This document shows, piece by piece, positions 12,701-26,432 of a stretch of DNA of 41,806 nt; the first letter of the stretch is position 1, and each line of letters opens with the position of its first letter. Origin of the DNA: Bugula neritina (lineage: Eukaryota; Animalia; Bryozoa); the NCBI GenBank assembly GCA_964035545.1, contig CAXIUT010000032.1:32694-74499 (forward strand). Reading direction: 5' to 3'. The notes below the pieces were generated by a model. The model was not told where the DNA came from, ran no database searches, and saw only the letters and a list, made by a program, of their open reading frames with translations. The position numbers and the translations under genes were made by a program.

Positions 12701-15700
12701 AAGTGGTCAATAACTACTAGAGAAGTTATAAGATGAAAAGGTACGTTGGAATATAGAGAGTGACAAACTTAAAGTTGAAGTAGAGATGATGCCTAAACAT
12801 GCAGCCTTAACATCATGTTTTGTCACCTATCTTTCACATTGTCCATAAAATATCAGACATCTAGAAGTATAAAAATGGAAAAAGATATTTGGTTGTCATT
12901 ACTACAGTTTTCTTAATTTTGTTACTTCAGAAGCAACTACTCTTCAAGAAGTTCTTAAAGGACTACCCAATGATCAACTTTCTATCGAAAACAGTCAAAT
13001 TTTATCATTTGTGGGATAAGTTCCCTTGATAATTGATCCTCATACTCAAGCAACTAACTGGCTAAAACAAAAACTACAAGTATAAAATAAGGTATAGACC
13101 CTTCTCCAGCAGGATCCTAAATTTTTGAATACTCTCGAACTGGCAGTTCGATTTGGAAAGGTGCTGATTATTCAAGAAATAGATTATATTGAGCCAGTGT
13201 TAACTCAAATATTAAAGAGAGACTATACCAGACAAGGTGCTCGTAATTTGATTCAAATAGGTGAAAAAGGATTAGATGTAAACGATACATTTAAATTATA
13301 CTTGACAACTAGAAATAGTTCAATATAAATAGCTAAACATCAAAAAGACTTGGTATCTTTGATAAACTTTTCAGTAACAAAGTCAGGTTTATAAGGTAAA
13401 TTACTATCAATCATAATAACATATTTTCAACCATAAATATAAAAATAAAACAAAGTTTATTAGAAGATCAATAAAAACTAAAAATAAACTTATCAGATCT
13501 ATAATAAAAATTATTAAGATAATTAGCCGATTCTTCAGGAAATATTCTCTAAAATAAAGGACTAATAAGTAGTTTAAATTAAACTAAAGCACAAAGTCAA
13601 ATTGTAGGCAAATCATTAAAAGATTCTTAAAAATTACAAAGAACTTTAGATTAAAAAAGATAAGTATATAAAATAGTAGCATAAATTGGAGCTAAATTAT
13701 ATATCAGTTTATCTATACTAAAAAACTTGAGTCCTATGTATAAATTTAATCTATCACAATTTATAAATCTTTTCCAATAATCCCTATCAATGAATCTAAG
13801 AGATACCAGTCAGATAAGTAACATCCAAGACGCTTTGATTCAAATAGTCTTCAACAATATCTCAGTTGGTCTAGTCAAATCTCATAGATTACTCTTAGGG
13901 CTCATCTTTGTCAAGTAGATCTTTTAAAATAGTATAACTGAAGATTAGTTTAGCGCGTTGCTTGGTAATATAGTCTCAAACTAAAATGTAGAGCCGCCTG
14001 CATGGCTTGATAGCAAAGATAAGTAAAAATTCAAAATATTCCAATCAGTTGTTCATAGTAAATAAAATTTCAATAATTCTGCTTGGACAGAATGGTCGAA
14101 ATCCCATTAATGTTAAGATCATGTGCCTAAAACAACATAACTCACTCAATTCCAAATCTGTCTACTCACTAACGTCTGCAGACCAGATAGACTAACTAAT
14201 AGTATGACAAACTTTGTCCAAAAAACACTTCAGCTCGAAAACTTATCAGGTTTATAGATAAATATGAAGATACTAACAGAATAAAAGATGAAAAATAAAG
14301 TACCTTGTCTTTTCATAGTAAGTATCGGCTTTGATCCATCAAAATAAATACAATAATTTGCTATAAAAACAGTAGGGAAATAAAGGTTTCAAGAATTATC
14401 TATGGGAGGTGATCAAAATTAGTATGCATTACTATTACTGAAATAAGCAGCTAGATAAGGCAAATGGCTTTGTCTTAAAAATTTACATTTAGTTATCGGA
14501 TTTGTAAGTCTACTATAGAAATAAGTACTATCAATGTAGCCACATTAAAATTTTAAATTGTTTTTAACAACTGAATCACATTAAAAATTTCCACCCATCC
14601 TATTATAAACCTGCTTCAAAATAAGTTATTAAGCACCTCCAGGTCTAAAACAAAACTTTTCTAGAATGCTAGTTGGTAGATAAACATCAAAAAATAATAA
14701 TTTATAACTAGTAGCTACCTATTTCCACGCATTAATTCAATAAAGACGTAACTACATACCTCAAGGCTGGAATAAATTTTATTAATTTAACTATGGTGAC
14801 TATAAATCAGGATTAAATGTTATCAAATAGATGGATAGTTCATATGATAAAGATTGGAAAATGCTCTATGGATTGATGCTCGATACCATATATGGAGGAA
14901 GAATCGATAATGACGTTGATAGAAAATTGTTAGAAATACATCTGTTTAAATATTTTAATTAAGATATCGAAAGTGGATCTAAAGGAATCTATAAAAACGC
15001 AAAAATATCTCAAGTCGATGATCTACTACATAAATTGCCCAACAACGATAATCCAGATCTCTATAACCTACCTCTAGGAATAGATAAAGCTTTATTAAGA
15101 ATCAAAGCCAAATAGTTTCTATAAAATCTTAAAATAGCCACCTTAGCTAGTGATAGTACAACTAAGTTTTCAAGATAAGCTTGGGGAAAAACGCTCACAC
15201 CCATCTTTACACTCTGGAAAGGCCTTCAGAAACAAATTAACTAAGATAAACTCAAAAAAATCAACTAAGATAAACTCAAATCAGTAGATCCCATCTAATC
15301 TTTTGTCTATAGCTAGTACAATGAAGCAGTTGTCAACTATCTACATATTAAACAAGCATTACAAAGACTAGAAGGCACTTTATTCGGTAACTAGATCCTA
15401 GTGACTGAGATAGAAGAACTTGGTAAGGTCATATTGAGAGGATAGCCTTCATCTAAATGGAGAAAAATATGGGAAGGACCAGATTTGATATCAGATTGGC
15501 TCAAGCTTTTTGCTAAAAAACTAAATAACATGTAGAAATGGAAACAACTGACAGAATCAAATCGACTTCTAGGATAAGAACTAGATCTGTCTGAAGTATA
15601 CCGTCCTTAAATATTTTTAAACGCCATGAAGCAACGAGTAGCTCGATAGAGAAAGATCCCAGTCAATCAGTTAAAGATCAAATCAGCCTTTTCAAAGCCA

Positions 15701-15976
15701 TCATAAATATGTGTAAAAATAAAGAATCTTATCTTACAAGGATGTTCATTTTCTAACAATTCAATAGTTTAGACCAGACATGACGAGTAGTATGAAGATA
15801 TTCCAGTATTTTACATATTTTTCAACGAAAAAGATAACTCTTAATCTGAATATTCCCTACCTTTCTATACCGATATGAGCCGAACAACTTTGCTGTCAAT
15901 GATACCTGTTTCATGCCAAGGTGATAAAGATAAACTAGTGCTTGCCTCTGCTGCAATACTCTTGAAAGATATATGA
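3703..15976 (+). CDS. DYNC2H1: Cytoplasmic dynein-2 (IFT dynein) heavy chain, ~4090 aa, no introns seen; two apparent -1 frameshifts (~8180, ~13450)
   Basis: Linker QRKWIYLEPIF and [21 protein letters not shown]1 [39 protein letters not shown]2 [30 protein letters not shown]3 GREGCGKS. Degenerate AAA4 P-loop [10 protein letters not shown], as typical of dynein-2. AAA6 YEAPPGLK. Confidence 0.95.
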
Positions 15977-16070
15977 TCTCATTTAGTCAATTCCTATTTA
16001 AAATATTCAATCAATATATCAAACAATATTATTATTCATATTTTGTGATATAATTAGTGATATATTAATA

Positions 16071-18758
16071 TCAGTCAATAATTTTAGCCAATTATATTTA
16101 AGTTCCCTCGTTTTAATACTCATCTTCAGGCTAATCAAAGTTAAAATCATAGTTAAGTTCCATCCGATCCACCTTCTCCTCTTAAATCTAATCGAATATA
16201 ATCTAATATCTTATATTCTAAACAAAGTTATCAGAGAGCTAATATCTATGAATGGGAGGATAGTGACTAGGAGGCGGAATCAGTGGATCCAGCCCAATTC
16301 TCAAAGAATGTTCCAACATACTTGGTATTATCCTTGACATCAACGGACAGTTTATTTATAAGCAAGGATTCGCATTTATTTATATCAACCATGGCCTGTA
16401 TTTACTATCAATCATAAAATCCAACCCAAATATTTCAAAATTATTCATCTTACGCTCCTTGTCCAAGTTCATATAGTTAGCACGAATCACATCGGCGGTT
16501 ATTTATTTCATTTTAGATAAAATTTGTTCCTTGAAATTGACCTTGCCCTTCCGAGTATCAAGATATCTTTGAAATTAGTGATATGATAATTTGTTTCCAG
16601 GCTAGTATTTACCATATTTTTAAGAATTTTTCTGAATTGAATCATTAGTCAAATGGATAAATAAATTAGTTAAATTCTCAGTTGAAAAATGTTAACTGCT
16701 AGTTCTCAGATATCCTTCATGATACCAATATGCTTTGAGGTATCCATTAACAGTAGTTATCATCATAAAATGTCTTATGTCGAATTTTCTACCATGATAT
16801 AGCAAAGGATCAGTAATATAAGACTGCACAATAGTGGTTTTAGGCTGTCCATTCTCGTGAACCACTTTCTTCAAGATCTTTCTCGATATATCAGCAGAAC
16901 GAAGTAAATATATACCATTTCCACGATTTGTACATTATCCAGGTTTCACTATCCATATACTTTTTTCATTGATGTTTTTTTGTTCTTGAAGAAATGTTTG
17001 ATAGGTCTAGTCATCCATTGATTTAAAATGATAAGTTTGAGGAAGTATCGTAAAAGGATCAATTTTCTTTATCTGTCTATAGTAATGCTACATAGTATAA
17101 AATAATGCCTTTTTTGATCCAATAAAAGAATTTTGAGGTATATGATTTGTTATTATTCCTGCTTTGTCCTATTTCTTTGATTTTGTTCTTGATTTTATCT
17201 TAAAATTCTTTAGCAACTACTCTATCTTCTATCCTTTACCATCATTTATAAATAACTTCTTATTGTCTTGAACCTTCTTTACCTTCTAGATGTTTTGAAA
17301 TATCTTAGGAGGAGAACCAATTGATCTCTTTGATGATGCATCTAAGGTCAGTGAAGCAAATGATTGAAGAAAAGTTGGACGTAATTTCTATCTTTTTGAT
17401 TCTTATTTTTTAGTACTTACTTCAGAATTTATTATCATCTATGGATTATCTTAAAACTATTCAAAACTCTATGTTCTAGCTTTATTTCTCTTTTTTTGGC
17501 ATTCATCAATATCCCCTTTATCCTCTTTATCATCTCTATCATCTCTATCATCTTTATCCTCTCTATCATCTCTATCATCTTTTTTATATCTATTTATTTA
17601 TTTAATTTCTTTATCTATTTTATCAATTTTAAGGTGTTATGCTTTTTTTTGGATAGAATGAACATCTTTAACAGAATTTTGTGTCCAAATAAATTTGGTT
17701 TAATTATTGACTTTATTACAAGTTTAAAACCAAAATCGTCTTTTCAATAAAGCTATAACTAAAAATTTATTATTACCATTACCAACAAATGCTTTAACTT
17801 TTTATCCATTATATTTATCAGCTAAAGCAATAGTATTAAAGGGTAGATTATTAGAATAGTTAATTTTGATAAGAAAAGTGAGATAGGAATTGATTTTTTT
17901 GGCATAAACTTTATCTAAAGTCATATCTGGTGTTTATTATTCTTATCTATAAAAGTATTTCTTCTTTTTAAATCTTATTTGAGGTTTTTTCTATGTAGTT
18001 AAACTTTGATACAAATCTTTCTTTTTAGCCAAGTTCAATCTATTCTCACTAAACTTTGGTGTTTTCTTCTATTTAATTGACATAATTGTCATCACTTACA
18101 ACATATTCGATGATATCATCTCAGACAACTTCATATCAAGTATCTTCAACTGATCTCCCATATTCAATCTATTCTTCTCATTTAACTCATTTATATACTC
18201 ATTTCTTTAGACAAAATAAGCCTTACTCCTTGGAACTAAAGTACGCTTCTCCTTCTTAGGAAAACTCGGATTCATCCCCTTCGACAAGGGATTTATCAAC
18301 CCGTCATTTAATTTACTAGATTTGATAACTTCATGTTCAGATTAGGATTGTTTCTTTTAGATTTATTTCATAGCATGTCTGATATTGATTTGTGATTTAT
18401 GGTCTTCGAGAATGTTATCAAGCTCAATATCAATCATTTTGTCTATTTTTTGTTCGTTTTTATCTTTACTCTTCTTACTTTTATAGTTAAGTTATTTCAA
18501 TTTTTACTTCTTTTTAGATCGCTTTCCATTGGCAGTCCCTCCTCGATTGGCTTTTAACTATAATTTCGGTTTAAAAGAGTTCATAGTTGAAAAATTGTTT
18601 TTTCTTTGTTGAAGCAAATGTTCTTCTTTACTTTAAAAAAGAAAAGAAGGAGGTTGAAATATCCTCTATGTTTGCTAAATGACCTAAACAGTAGGCTAAA
18701 TAATTGTTTTTTTGCTTTTTAGTTTAGATTCAGCCTTGTCATTAATGTTAATATTCAT
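16071..18758 (-). CDS. Tubulin-tyrosine-ligase-like (TTLL) protein, glycylase-like, with long low-complexity N-terminus
   Basis: WIVKPGECTNRGNGI, VQSYITDPLLYHGRKFDIR, HLTNDSIQK, FEIFGLDFMID, WLIEINANPCL. Start, catalytic domain and stop are in the same frame. Confidence 0.88.
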
Positions 18759-18886
18759 CTAATAAATTTATAAATCATTCAATCGCATATTGCAACAAAT
18801 TAATCAACATATTAATTTTGAATATTTGCTACATCACTAATAGAACACAAAATAACAAAAGAGATATCAATGATAATTGGACAAAA

Positions 18887-19645
18887 TCAAGAATTTGGGT
18901 TTAATAGTTAATCAAAATTTCCATTACTATTCATACTTTGCATTAGTTTTTTTATATCTTCTATAGTCAACAATTGTATTTATGATTCGCAATGCATTGG
19001 TTTAGGAACTTTAGATATCAATTCGAAATGAACCTATTTCTCTTCTTTTCCAGAAGTTATCTTCTTAATTGTACCCTGACTATTAACCATCACATAAAGT
19101 ATCAAATCATCAGCTAGATCTATCTATTCACTACTCGATTCATCCTTATTCTACTCTTAAGATTCTTATTTTGACAAATTTTATCTATTCAGCAAAAAAG
19201 GCTAAAACTTATATTTATCAAGAACTTGACCTTAACTGCTATCTTTTCCAATATATTTGAAGAAAATATTAGTCAAAAACATAGTTTATTTAGTCCTTTC
19301 AGTCAAATCTATCTAAGAATTGTTGAGAATAGCCAATTTATACCTCTAACATCCAGATTTAGCCAGTTGATTTGTAGTGACTATCAAAGAAGGCAAATCC
19401 AACTGCACTTTAAAGACCTAGACCTTTGTCATTACAATATTGTAGTAGATAGTAGCAGTGAAAAGAGATATTTCACTGTTGTAGTCAATATTAGCTATTA
19501 GATTGTACTTGTCAACTTTGAAATCAAGATTCAAAGGGTAGTTGAATAGAATGGGACTAGTTGCTTCTGTTTGAGAGTAAAGATTATCCCAGACATTGCT
19601 ACTACTAAGAACTAGCAATAGAAGAAGTGTTATCCCTTGTAACAT
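18887..19645 (-). CDS. Secreted hypothetical protein (252 aa)
   Basis: MLQGITLLLLLVLSSS signal peptide; single frame open with TAR=Glu to TGA(T). Confidence 0.7.
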
Positions 19646-19782
19646 TCTTGATATTTAAATATTAATTAGAAAATACCACAATAAAGGATTATCAATTATT
19701 TATCTACAACTGTTTATCAAAATGACTATTTCAAATAAAAACAACATTTATGAAGATCAATATATTTTTATTTATAAAATAG

Positions 19783-20130
19783 ATGGATAAAGAATGTGAA
19801 TCATAGTGTCGCCAAGGTTATGCCATCTTTGCAGCTCTAATTATCATCATGATATGTGTAGGTTTCCTTATGACTTTTCTACTTGTCAAACCAGCCACTT
19901 CCAGAGAAGTACTTCAAGGAAAAGAATTATAAAAAACCATCCAAGATTTACCAGAATAATGGAAACTTAAAAAAGCTATTTAAGTATAAACCAATAGAGT
20001 TAAAGCCTTCTTCTCTGCTTTGTATAGTCGATGCGTTGATGGAGTTGATGTTTTGAAGAAAGGACTGCAGCAATGGCAAACTCTTTTTGATGATGTATCT
20101 AAAAGAGCAGGCTAGAAGTACAGAAGATGA
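19783..20130 (+). CDS. Small single-pass membrane protein (115 aa)
   Basis: MDKECESECRQGYAIFAALIIIMICVGFLMTFLLV... N-terminal TM helix; open frame to TGA(T). Confidence 0.65.
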
Positions 20131-20255
20131 TTCTCTTTCATTATTCTTTCTATTTTTTGTTTATTTTTTGAATATTGATAGTTTCTTTTTCAAGATAGTT
20201 GATAAAAAGAGTCAACTTAACAATTTATAATAGTTAGCAAGTTGATTGCATCAAT

Positions 20256-21383
20256 ATGATTCCTTAAACCAAACCTTATGTCCTTGTCCTTGGAGGTACC
20301 AACTTCATGGGAAAAACTCTACTTTAAGCACTACAGAGTAGGTCATATGGAGTCTGCTGCATTAACAGAGGCAAAAAATATTGGTAAGAATAGTTTTATT
20401 TAGGAACAACTCGGCCAGAAAACTAAATCCTGAAGTATAGTGGTTCTGTGCGGATCGAAAAGACCTCAAAGATTACAGCTCAACAGTAGCTTTTGCTGGT
20501 AGACATCTAGGTATATCATAAACTAACAAATGGATTGCAGTAATTGACTTTTGTGGGTATAAATGGAGAGATGTTCAGAGTGTTTTGAACGCTATTGAAG
20601 GACTTACTCACAGATACATATTTATTTCATCAGATTCAGTCTATAACTGCTATCCTCAATAAAACTTGCCCATCACTGAAGATACGGTCAACCTTTAGTA
20701 CCAATACTCCAGAATAAAGTAAACCAACAAAAGAAAAAAAGATTCTTATGGCTACGTAAATATTTATAAATGAAGGACAAGATGAAGTGTGAACTATATC
20801 TCCATCGTAAGAAGACTGTCCCTTTCACCTGTTTGAGACTAGCTGATGTGATTGGTCCTTTCGATAATACTGAACGTTTTTGGACTACAATCAAATGGAT
20901 GAGATAAAGCTAGAAATATCCCTTCACCATAAATGCTGATTAGTAAAGCCAACATTTGTCTTTTGTTGATAGTGTAAGTGTTGTTACCTTTATTGTTCAA
21001 TTGATACAGATGAAAGACATTCCATCTCATACTTACAACCTTTGCTGGGAATAAAGCTGCACACTCTATGAGTTTTTGGAATAAATAGTAATAATAGGGT
21101 TATGATAGAGAAAATGTCTAGGAATATAGGTCAAATATAAAGCTGTCAAGAAAGAAGAGAGCAATCAATTGTATCCTTCGGTTGAATGTGGAGCTATATC
21201 TTGTGAAAAAGCAAAAAAAGAGATAAGTTGGAGTCCTATATCAAAGGTATTTGGTTATTAAGATAGGCCCAAGCTATAAAGATAACAGTTGATTTCTTTG
21301 TCCAAGAAGCAGACAAATATCCTTCAGAAAAATATGTGATGGAGAAATAGTTTAAGAAAAAAGTTGCAGATCAATTTGATTGA
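20256..21383 (+). CDS. NAD-dependent epimerase/dehydratase (atypical SDR); introns 20384-20403, 20756-20775, 21247-21266
   Basis: LVLGGTNFMGKTL Rossmann motif, YIFISSDSVY, YGYDK (YxxxK), LRLADVIGPFDNT. Three 20-nt GT-AG introns restore the frame. Confidence 0.85.
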
Positions 21384-21544
21384 TAGTCTGTTTGCAAAAA
21401 TATATCAACTATTATAAGAAATATAGGTTATTCCAAGAGGTTTATCAATAAATAAAACTATTTTGACAAATATACTCATAGTATTCATAATTTTAATACA
21501 AATAATAGTAATAATCAAGCAGTATTTATTTATAATAAAACGAT

Positions 21545-21639
21545 TTGGGGTTGGGGTTGGGGTTGGGGTTGGGGTTGGGGTTGGGGTTGGGGTTGGGGTT
21601 GGGGTTGGGGTTGGGGTTGGGGTTGGGGTTGGGGTTGGG
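21545..21639 (+). repeat. Internal telomeric tract (TTGGGG)15 + TTGGG
   Basis: Perfect Tetrahymena-type repeat, same orientation as the terminal telomere. Confidence 0.97.
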
Positions 21640-21784
21640 TTCTCTTCTTATTTTCTGACAATTCAACATTGATCAAATCAGACTTATCGAGAACCACCGT
21701 TTGGCTATCGACATTCGATATCGGCATGTTTTAAGGTGATGCGATAGGCTAGAGTTATAATATTTTTGAGTTATTCTCTTGCAT
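21640..21784 (-). CDS. 5' part of a small hypothetical gene that runs into the internal telomere tract
   Basis: MQENNSKILELEPIASPENMPISNVDSQTVVLDKSDLINVELSENKKRT, then reads into CCCCAA repeats with no stop. Confidence 0.4.
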
Positions 21785-21928
21785 ATAGTTGATTAAGTTT
21801 AAAAGTAGTATAATAATAAATTCTTGTTTTAATAAAAGTTAGATTCTATTTAATTCGGACCTTGAATATTAGAATTAATATCAATTGAATATTAGATACC
21901 ATTTGAATAAAGACTCATAATAAAGTAC

Positions 21929-22603
21929 TCAATAATCATTGTTCTAAGAGAGTTGCAATCTAAGGGCAAGTTTCTTATTTCTAAACCTCAATGATGCACA
22001 TTTCAATGTCTTCAAATAAAGCAGTTTATTATCTTTTCTTATTTGGGTACTTTTTATCACCTCTCTTCGAAGATACCGATTGAACAATCGATAAGTTATT
22101 TTCAGGTTGTGAGATCCTTCCCTTTCAGAACAACCAAAAAATAGCATCTTTAAATGACTTGTATTAAATCCATCCTTCTTATCTTTCTCTATTGTCCTGT
22201 TCTGTTGCTTTTACTCAAGACTTCTGATCATCTATAGGACCCCTTGATTGAGTTAACCATCTATTTAGTATTAAAGCAGGTTGTCAAGAATGATTCTTCC
22301 TATTTTTTTGATAGAATTTGAATTTTTTTTATGTTTAGTCCTCTTTGAACTCTATGCCTGATCATCTATTTGGTATTATATTTGCTGTGGTATCTAACCG
22401 AGTGATTAGATCTAGATATATTCTCTAGGTTAATTGATTAAGGAGTTGTTCAGTTCAAATATGGAAGAATGATCGCTTTAGGAGTAATTAGGCACCCAAA
22501 TATTGTTTTCTGATTATTTTGAATATTCTTCAGTTGAATAGTTTTTTTCACAATGGTGATTATAATCAATTAGTTCTTCAAAGAGATCATAGTTGTCTGA
22601 CAT
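21929..22603 (-). CDS. Hypothetical protein (224 aa; may extend to 21881 if the TGA-G is read through)
   Basis: MSDNYDLFEELIDY... single open frame incorporating ORF-track 21944-22147. Confidence 0.65.
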
Positions 22604-22893
22604 AGTTGGATTTTTACCAAATATTAATAATTAAAGTATAGGTTAATATAGTATTAATAATATAAATAAGTCTAGCTTAAAGTCTTAAAGTCTTTAATAT
22701 ATATTAGCTTTTAAATGATAAACTATCACCTCAATACAAACAATTAATACAATAAATATAAAAAGATAACTTAGTTCATATTCTATCTCAAATTGAAAAA
22801 AATAAATCGTTACTTTTTATCATCTTTATAATAATGCTTATTTTATATCTAATTATTGATAACATCCCCATTATAAGTATAGCTTAATCAAAA

Positions 22894-25051
22894 ATGACTA
22901 AAATGTAATTTTGATTAATAAGAACATCAATAACTATCATAATAAAATATTACAACTAACATCAACAATCACTACAATATCTTCTCTTAGTAATAACCTC
23001 ATTTCGAACAAAATAATCAAGTTGTCAAAAAATAACCTTAAATTGATCGTCAAACTAATAAATCACAAATTGATTATAGCAGCGCTTCTAGTGGCAGTCG
23101 TAGAGCCCCCAATGAAAAAGATCTAAAACAATCGATATTATATTTGAGACAAAAGTTTCCTAAAAAATCACTTTAACAAATCCTCATCAGATTATATCAA
23201 GCCATGGAACTAAAAAGTACAGCAGGCAGCCAATCGAGTAGGTCAAAAGCTTTTGATACTATCAGCATAAATTCAAGAGCAAATGACTTCGACGATATCT
23301 ACCAGTAATCATAAACAAGCAAACTAAAAGACAATATGATTGATAATACCTCTTAAAAATACTAAAAACAATAAAAAAGGTGTCTTAAACAGGGGTAAAA
23401 AAGTATCTATAGTGATAATTGCCAAATGTAGGAGACTCCATAGACAGGAGAAAACTATATATATAAGCCTTCTGGCCAATAGGTGGTAAAGCATTACAGT
23501 CAGAAAGATTTCAGTATTAAATTTTTAAATGAAGAGGATCATAAGAAGTTTATTTAGAGAAAGTTTATGGCAAAGTCATTTGTCGAGAGAGGATATGGAG
23601 TGGGAGAATGTCGCAAGTAGATATAGCACTAAGGAGTGAATATTACATTAAGAAGAGATTAGTATAAAACACTAGGAAATTCAATAGTTATCTTGGCCTT
23701 TAGGAAGCTATAGGCATTCATGTAAAATGATTGCAAAAAGGTAATAAAGAAATTAGATAAATGGCAAATGAGATCAATTTGTACTTTAATGCTGAATTGC
23801 AGGACAACTATGTAGCCATAGCAAATGGCTACTTTGTTTAAGATAATAAGATCAGGCTATGGGCTAGGGGATGTGACTTTAGGGTAGATTTAGGCTGTTA
23901 AGTTATATTTGGCTTGTCAGAAGTTTGTGTATGGTAAGAATATAACAATGTAAGTATTAGAGAGAATGGGATAAGTCCAAAAAAGGAAAAAGGACTAACT
24001 CATACTGGCTTATCTTGCTTAAAATAAAAATATCAGAAAAGAAAGACTGCTAAGAGCTAGATAAAAAAAGAGAATCAGAAACAAAATAAAAAATAAAAAG
24101 ATAACTAAAACATAACAAAATAACTCTGAAGTTAAAATATAAGACAACATCTAAAGAAATATAGAGATTTAGGGCAATAGAGATGATCACAATAAAATTC
24201 TTACCTTTGGCTATCACAATAAGTTGTCATATTTGTAGCGTTCAAACAGGGAGTAAAAGATAATAAAAAGAAAGGAAATGGATATTAAATTTTCACAATT
24301 AATACTAAAATATAACAACATCTAAGAAGCAATAAAGATGATGATATAAAACAATCGATAGCTAGAGAATTGGCCTTAGACCCAGTTTTATAAAAAATAT
24401 ACAAGCATTCTGAAGAAATCAATCAATAATATCTACTTAGAATCGCAAATAATAAAAATATAAATAAAATAAACTTTAAAAAGACCTACTAGACCCCAAT
24501 CCTACATGCTAGTACATCATCCTTAAGCCTAAAAAATAAGAAAAATACTACTAGAATATTTTGTTAAAGATCAACCCAATGTTAACATACTGACTAGAAT
24601 CATCAAAGAGATTAATTAGTTTTTGGAGAATGTTAAATCATAGGAAAAGTAGGAGAATATCTTAACGGATAAGAGAAGGAAAAAGAGAAGTTCTTATGAG
24701 AGAATAGATTAGGGATTTTAGTTTTTAGACGATATTTAGATCAACTTCGATGGGTAAATGCCATAAATATAGTAATAGGATTAGATTGATCTTATTTCAT
24801 TGAATTTTATCTAATAATAAGGAAAGCAGCAGTCGTAGTGGGAGGATATCAACTTCGATAAAATATAGTATTTTGGCAATGCTAGTAACAATTAATAAAA
24901 TGAAAAGGATGTTAATTATAAATAATAAAACAACTAAGTCAAATTATAAACTTCTTAATACTAAAAATTAAATTATTATTAGCAAGACGATGTCCTGTCA
25001 TTCGATCAAATCATCCAAAATAGTGACAACTTTACTAAATATGAATAATGA
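22894..25051 (+). CDS. Hypothetical protein (~715 aa, acidic tail); start uncertain
   Basis: One frame is free of TGA for >2.1 kb, ending TGA(T) at 25051. The ATG at 22894 joins only if one extra T near 22910 is an error. Confidence 0.6.
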
Positions 25052-25101
25052 TTTACAACCTTTATTTTTAGTTATAAATACTTTAACAATCAATTCGATT
25101 A

Positions 25102-26009
25102 TCACTTCTTTTTGCTTTTAACAGTGTTTTTGCTTCTATTTTCAAGTAATATAGCATTGATATGGCTGATTCGCTCTTATTTAACCAATTTGGCAAAAGA
25201 TATTATATTCATATTGAATTGCATCATCGATTTGTCATCAACTGTTCTCCAATACCTATCAAATTACACCCATATGGCTTAGAATAAGTTCTGAAACTGA
25301 TTCTCAACTGACTATCCATCATATAGAATCCAATACTAAGCTGATATTTTCAGTCCTTTCAGCATTTCAAGAGCAAGCATAGTTAAAAACAAACTAGCTG
25401 ATGCAAAAAAATATTAACTCCCTTCTGTATCTGCCACTCGAAAAGCTTCCTTTCCCTGATCTGTACCCACCCAGCCATGCAAAGTGGTCAATCCCAAAAA
25501 TCCAGCACCTCTGAAATCAGTTGCTGGATCCTAAGCCTGAAATCCAATTTATATCCACTATTGAGATAACCTGGCCTTCATGGGTCGATTCGGTCTCAGT
25601 TTATTCCATACTTCAAGCAACATTTGTTAATGCTTTTACGAATGACGATCATACCGAGTAGTTCTCAATCCTTCTATGTAACTGATGGCATATTTCCAAC
25701 AAAATAATTTTTAAAGTCCCAATCCCACTCTAAACTTACTATCCTAGTTATAAATATTTTTAATCGAACACAATTCCTCCAAAAGATCATTGTGATAACT
25801 ATCAGTCCACTTGCAGTGATTTTATCGATAATGTCCCAACACTTTAGATAGATATATCGACCTCTCTAAATGAGATAGAACTTACACAAACCTAGAATAT
25901 CAGATTGACGGCAAAGACGTTAGATTTAGGTCTGACCAGTCAACTTATGAACGATATATTTTAGCAATGAACGAAAGAAGAGATACACAGTTGATGGCTA
26001 TTGATTCAT
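25102..26009 (-). CDS. ELMO/CED-12 domain protein (ELMOD-like Arf/Arl GAP); intron 25866-25885
   Basis: WIEIGFQAEDPATDFRGAGFLGL signature, N-terminal HKLTGQTEIERLC, C-terminal DRYW...MMQFN. A 20-nt intron fixes the frame. Confidence 0.9.
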
Positions 26010-26066
26010 ATATTGTTCTTATTATTTAGATATAAATAGTCAGAATTATCGACTTAAACTATCTTA

Positions 26067-26432
26067 TCATTTTAAATTGGTCATCACCCTTCCCACCTCC
26101 TTCTCTAAATCATTTTTCAAACCTTTTGCGTACTTCTAAAAACATCTTTCGCCCTCTTTCTACCAGTTATTCGTCCCAGCAGCATTATTGATGCATTCCT
26201 ATAACTACTAACTAAAATGCTAAAATCGAGGTTAAACCTTCAAAACCATCGATTTAGAATAACACTACTCAGCATTTGATGTCTTCACCACACAATCACG
26301 AAATCTCTAGTATCGCAACTGCTATATCTTCTTCAGAGACTCATCGAATTCTTTCATCAAATCTTCGTCCATTCCTCTTATCTTATCAGTTAGTCTCTTA
26401 TGCAAATCTGATAGCTTATCTTCGCTCTTCAT
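26067..26432 (-). CDS. Small helical Cys-pair protein (121 aa), possibly FAM136A/DUF842-like
   Basis: Open frame with spaced cysteines (RDCVVK...EECYSK...EECINN...ERCFEK). The family call is a resemblance only. Confidence 0.55.

Noticed and set aside
3703-15976. Dynein as a pseudogene full of stop codons
   Set aside because: The TAA/TAG codons fall at conserved Glu positions and all motor motifs are intact.
17496-17750. Hydrophobic IISII-repeat ORF
   Set aside because: Antisense of a D/R/K-rich 9-nt repeat within the TTLL coding region.
21463-21672. ORF-track poly-GV and poly-QP proteins
   Set aside because: They are translations of the telomeric repeat tract, not real low-complexity proteins.
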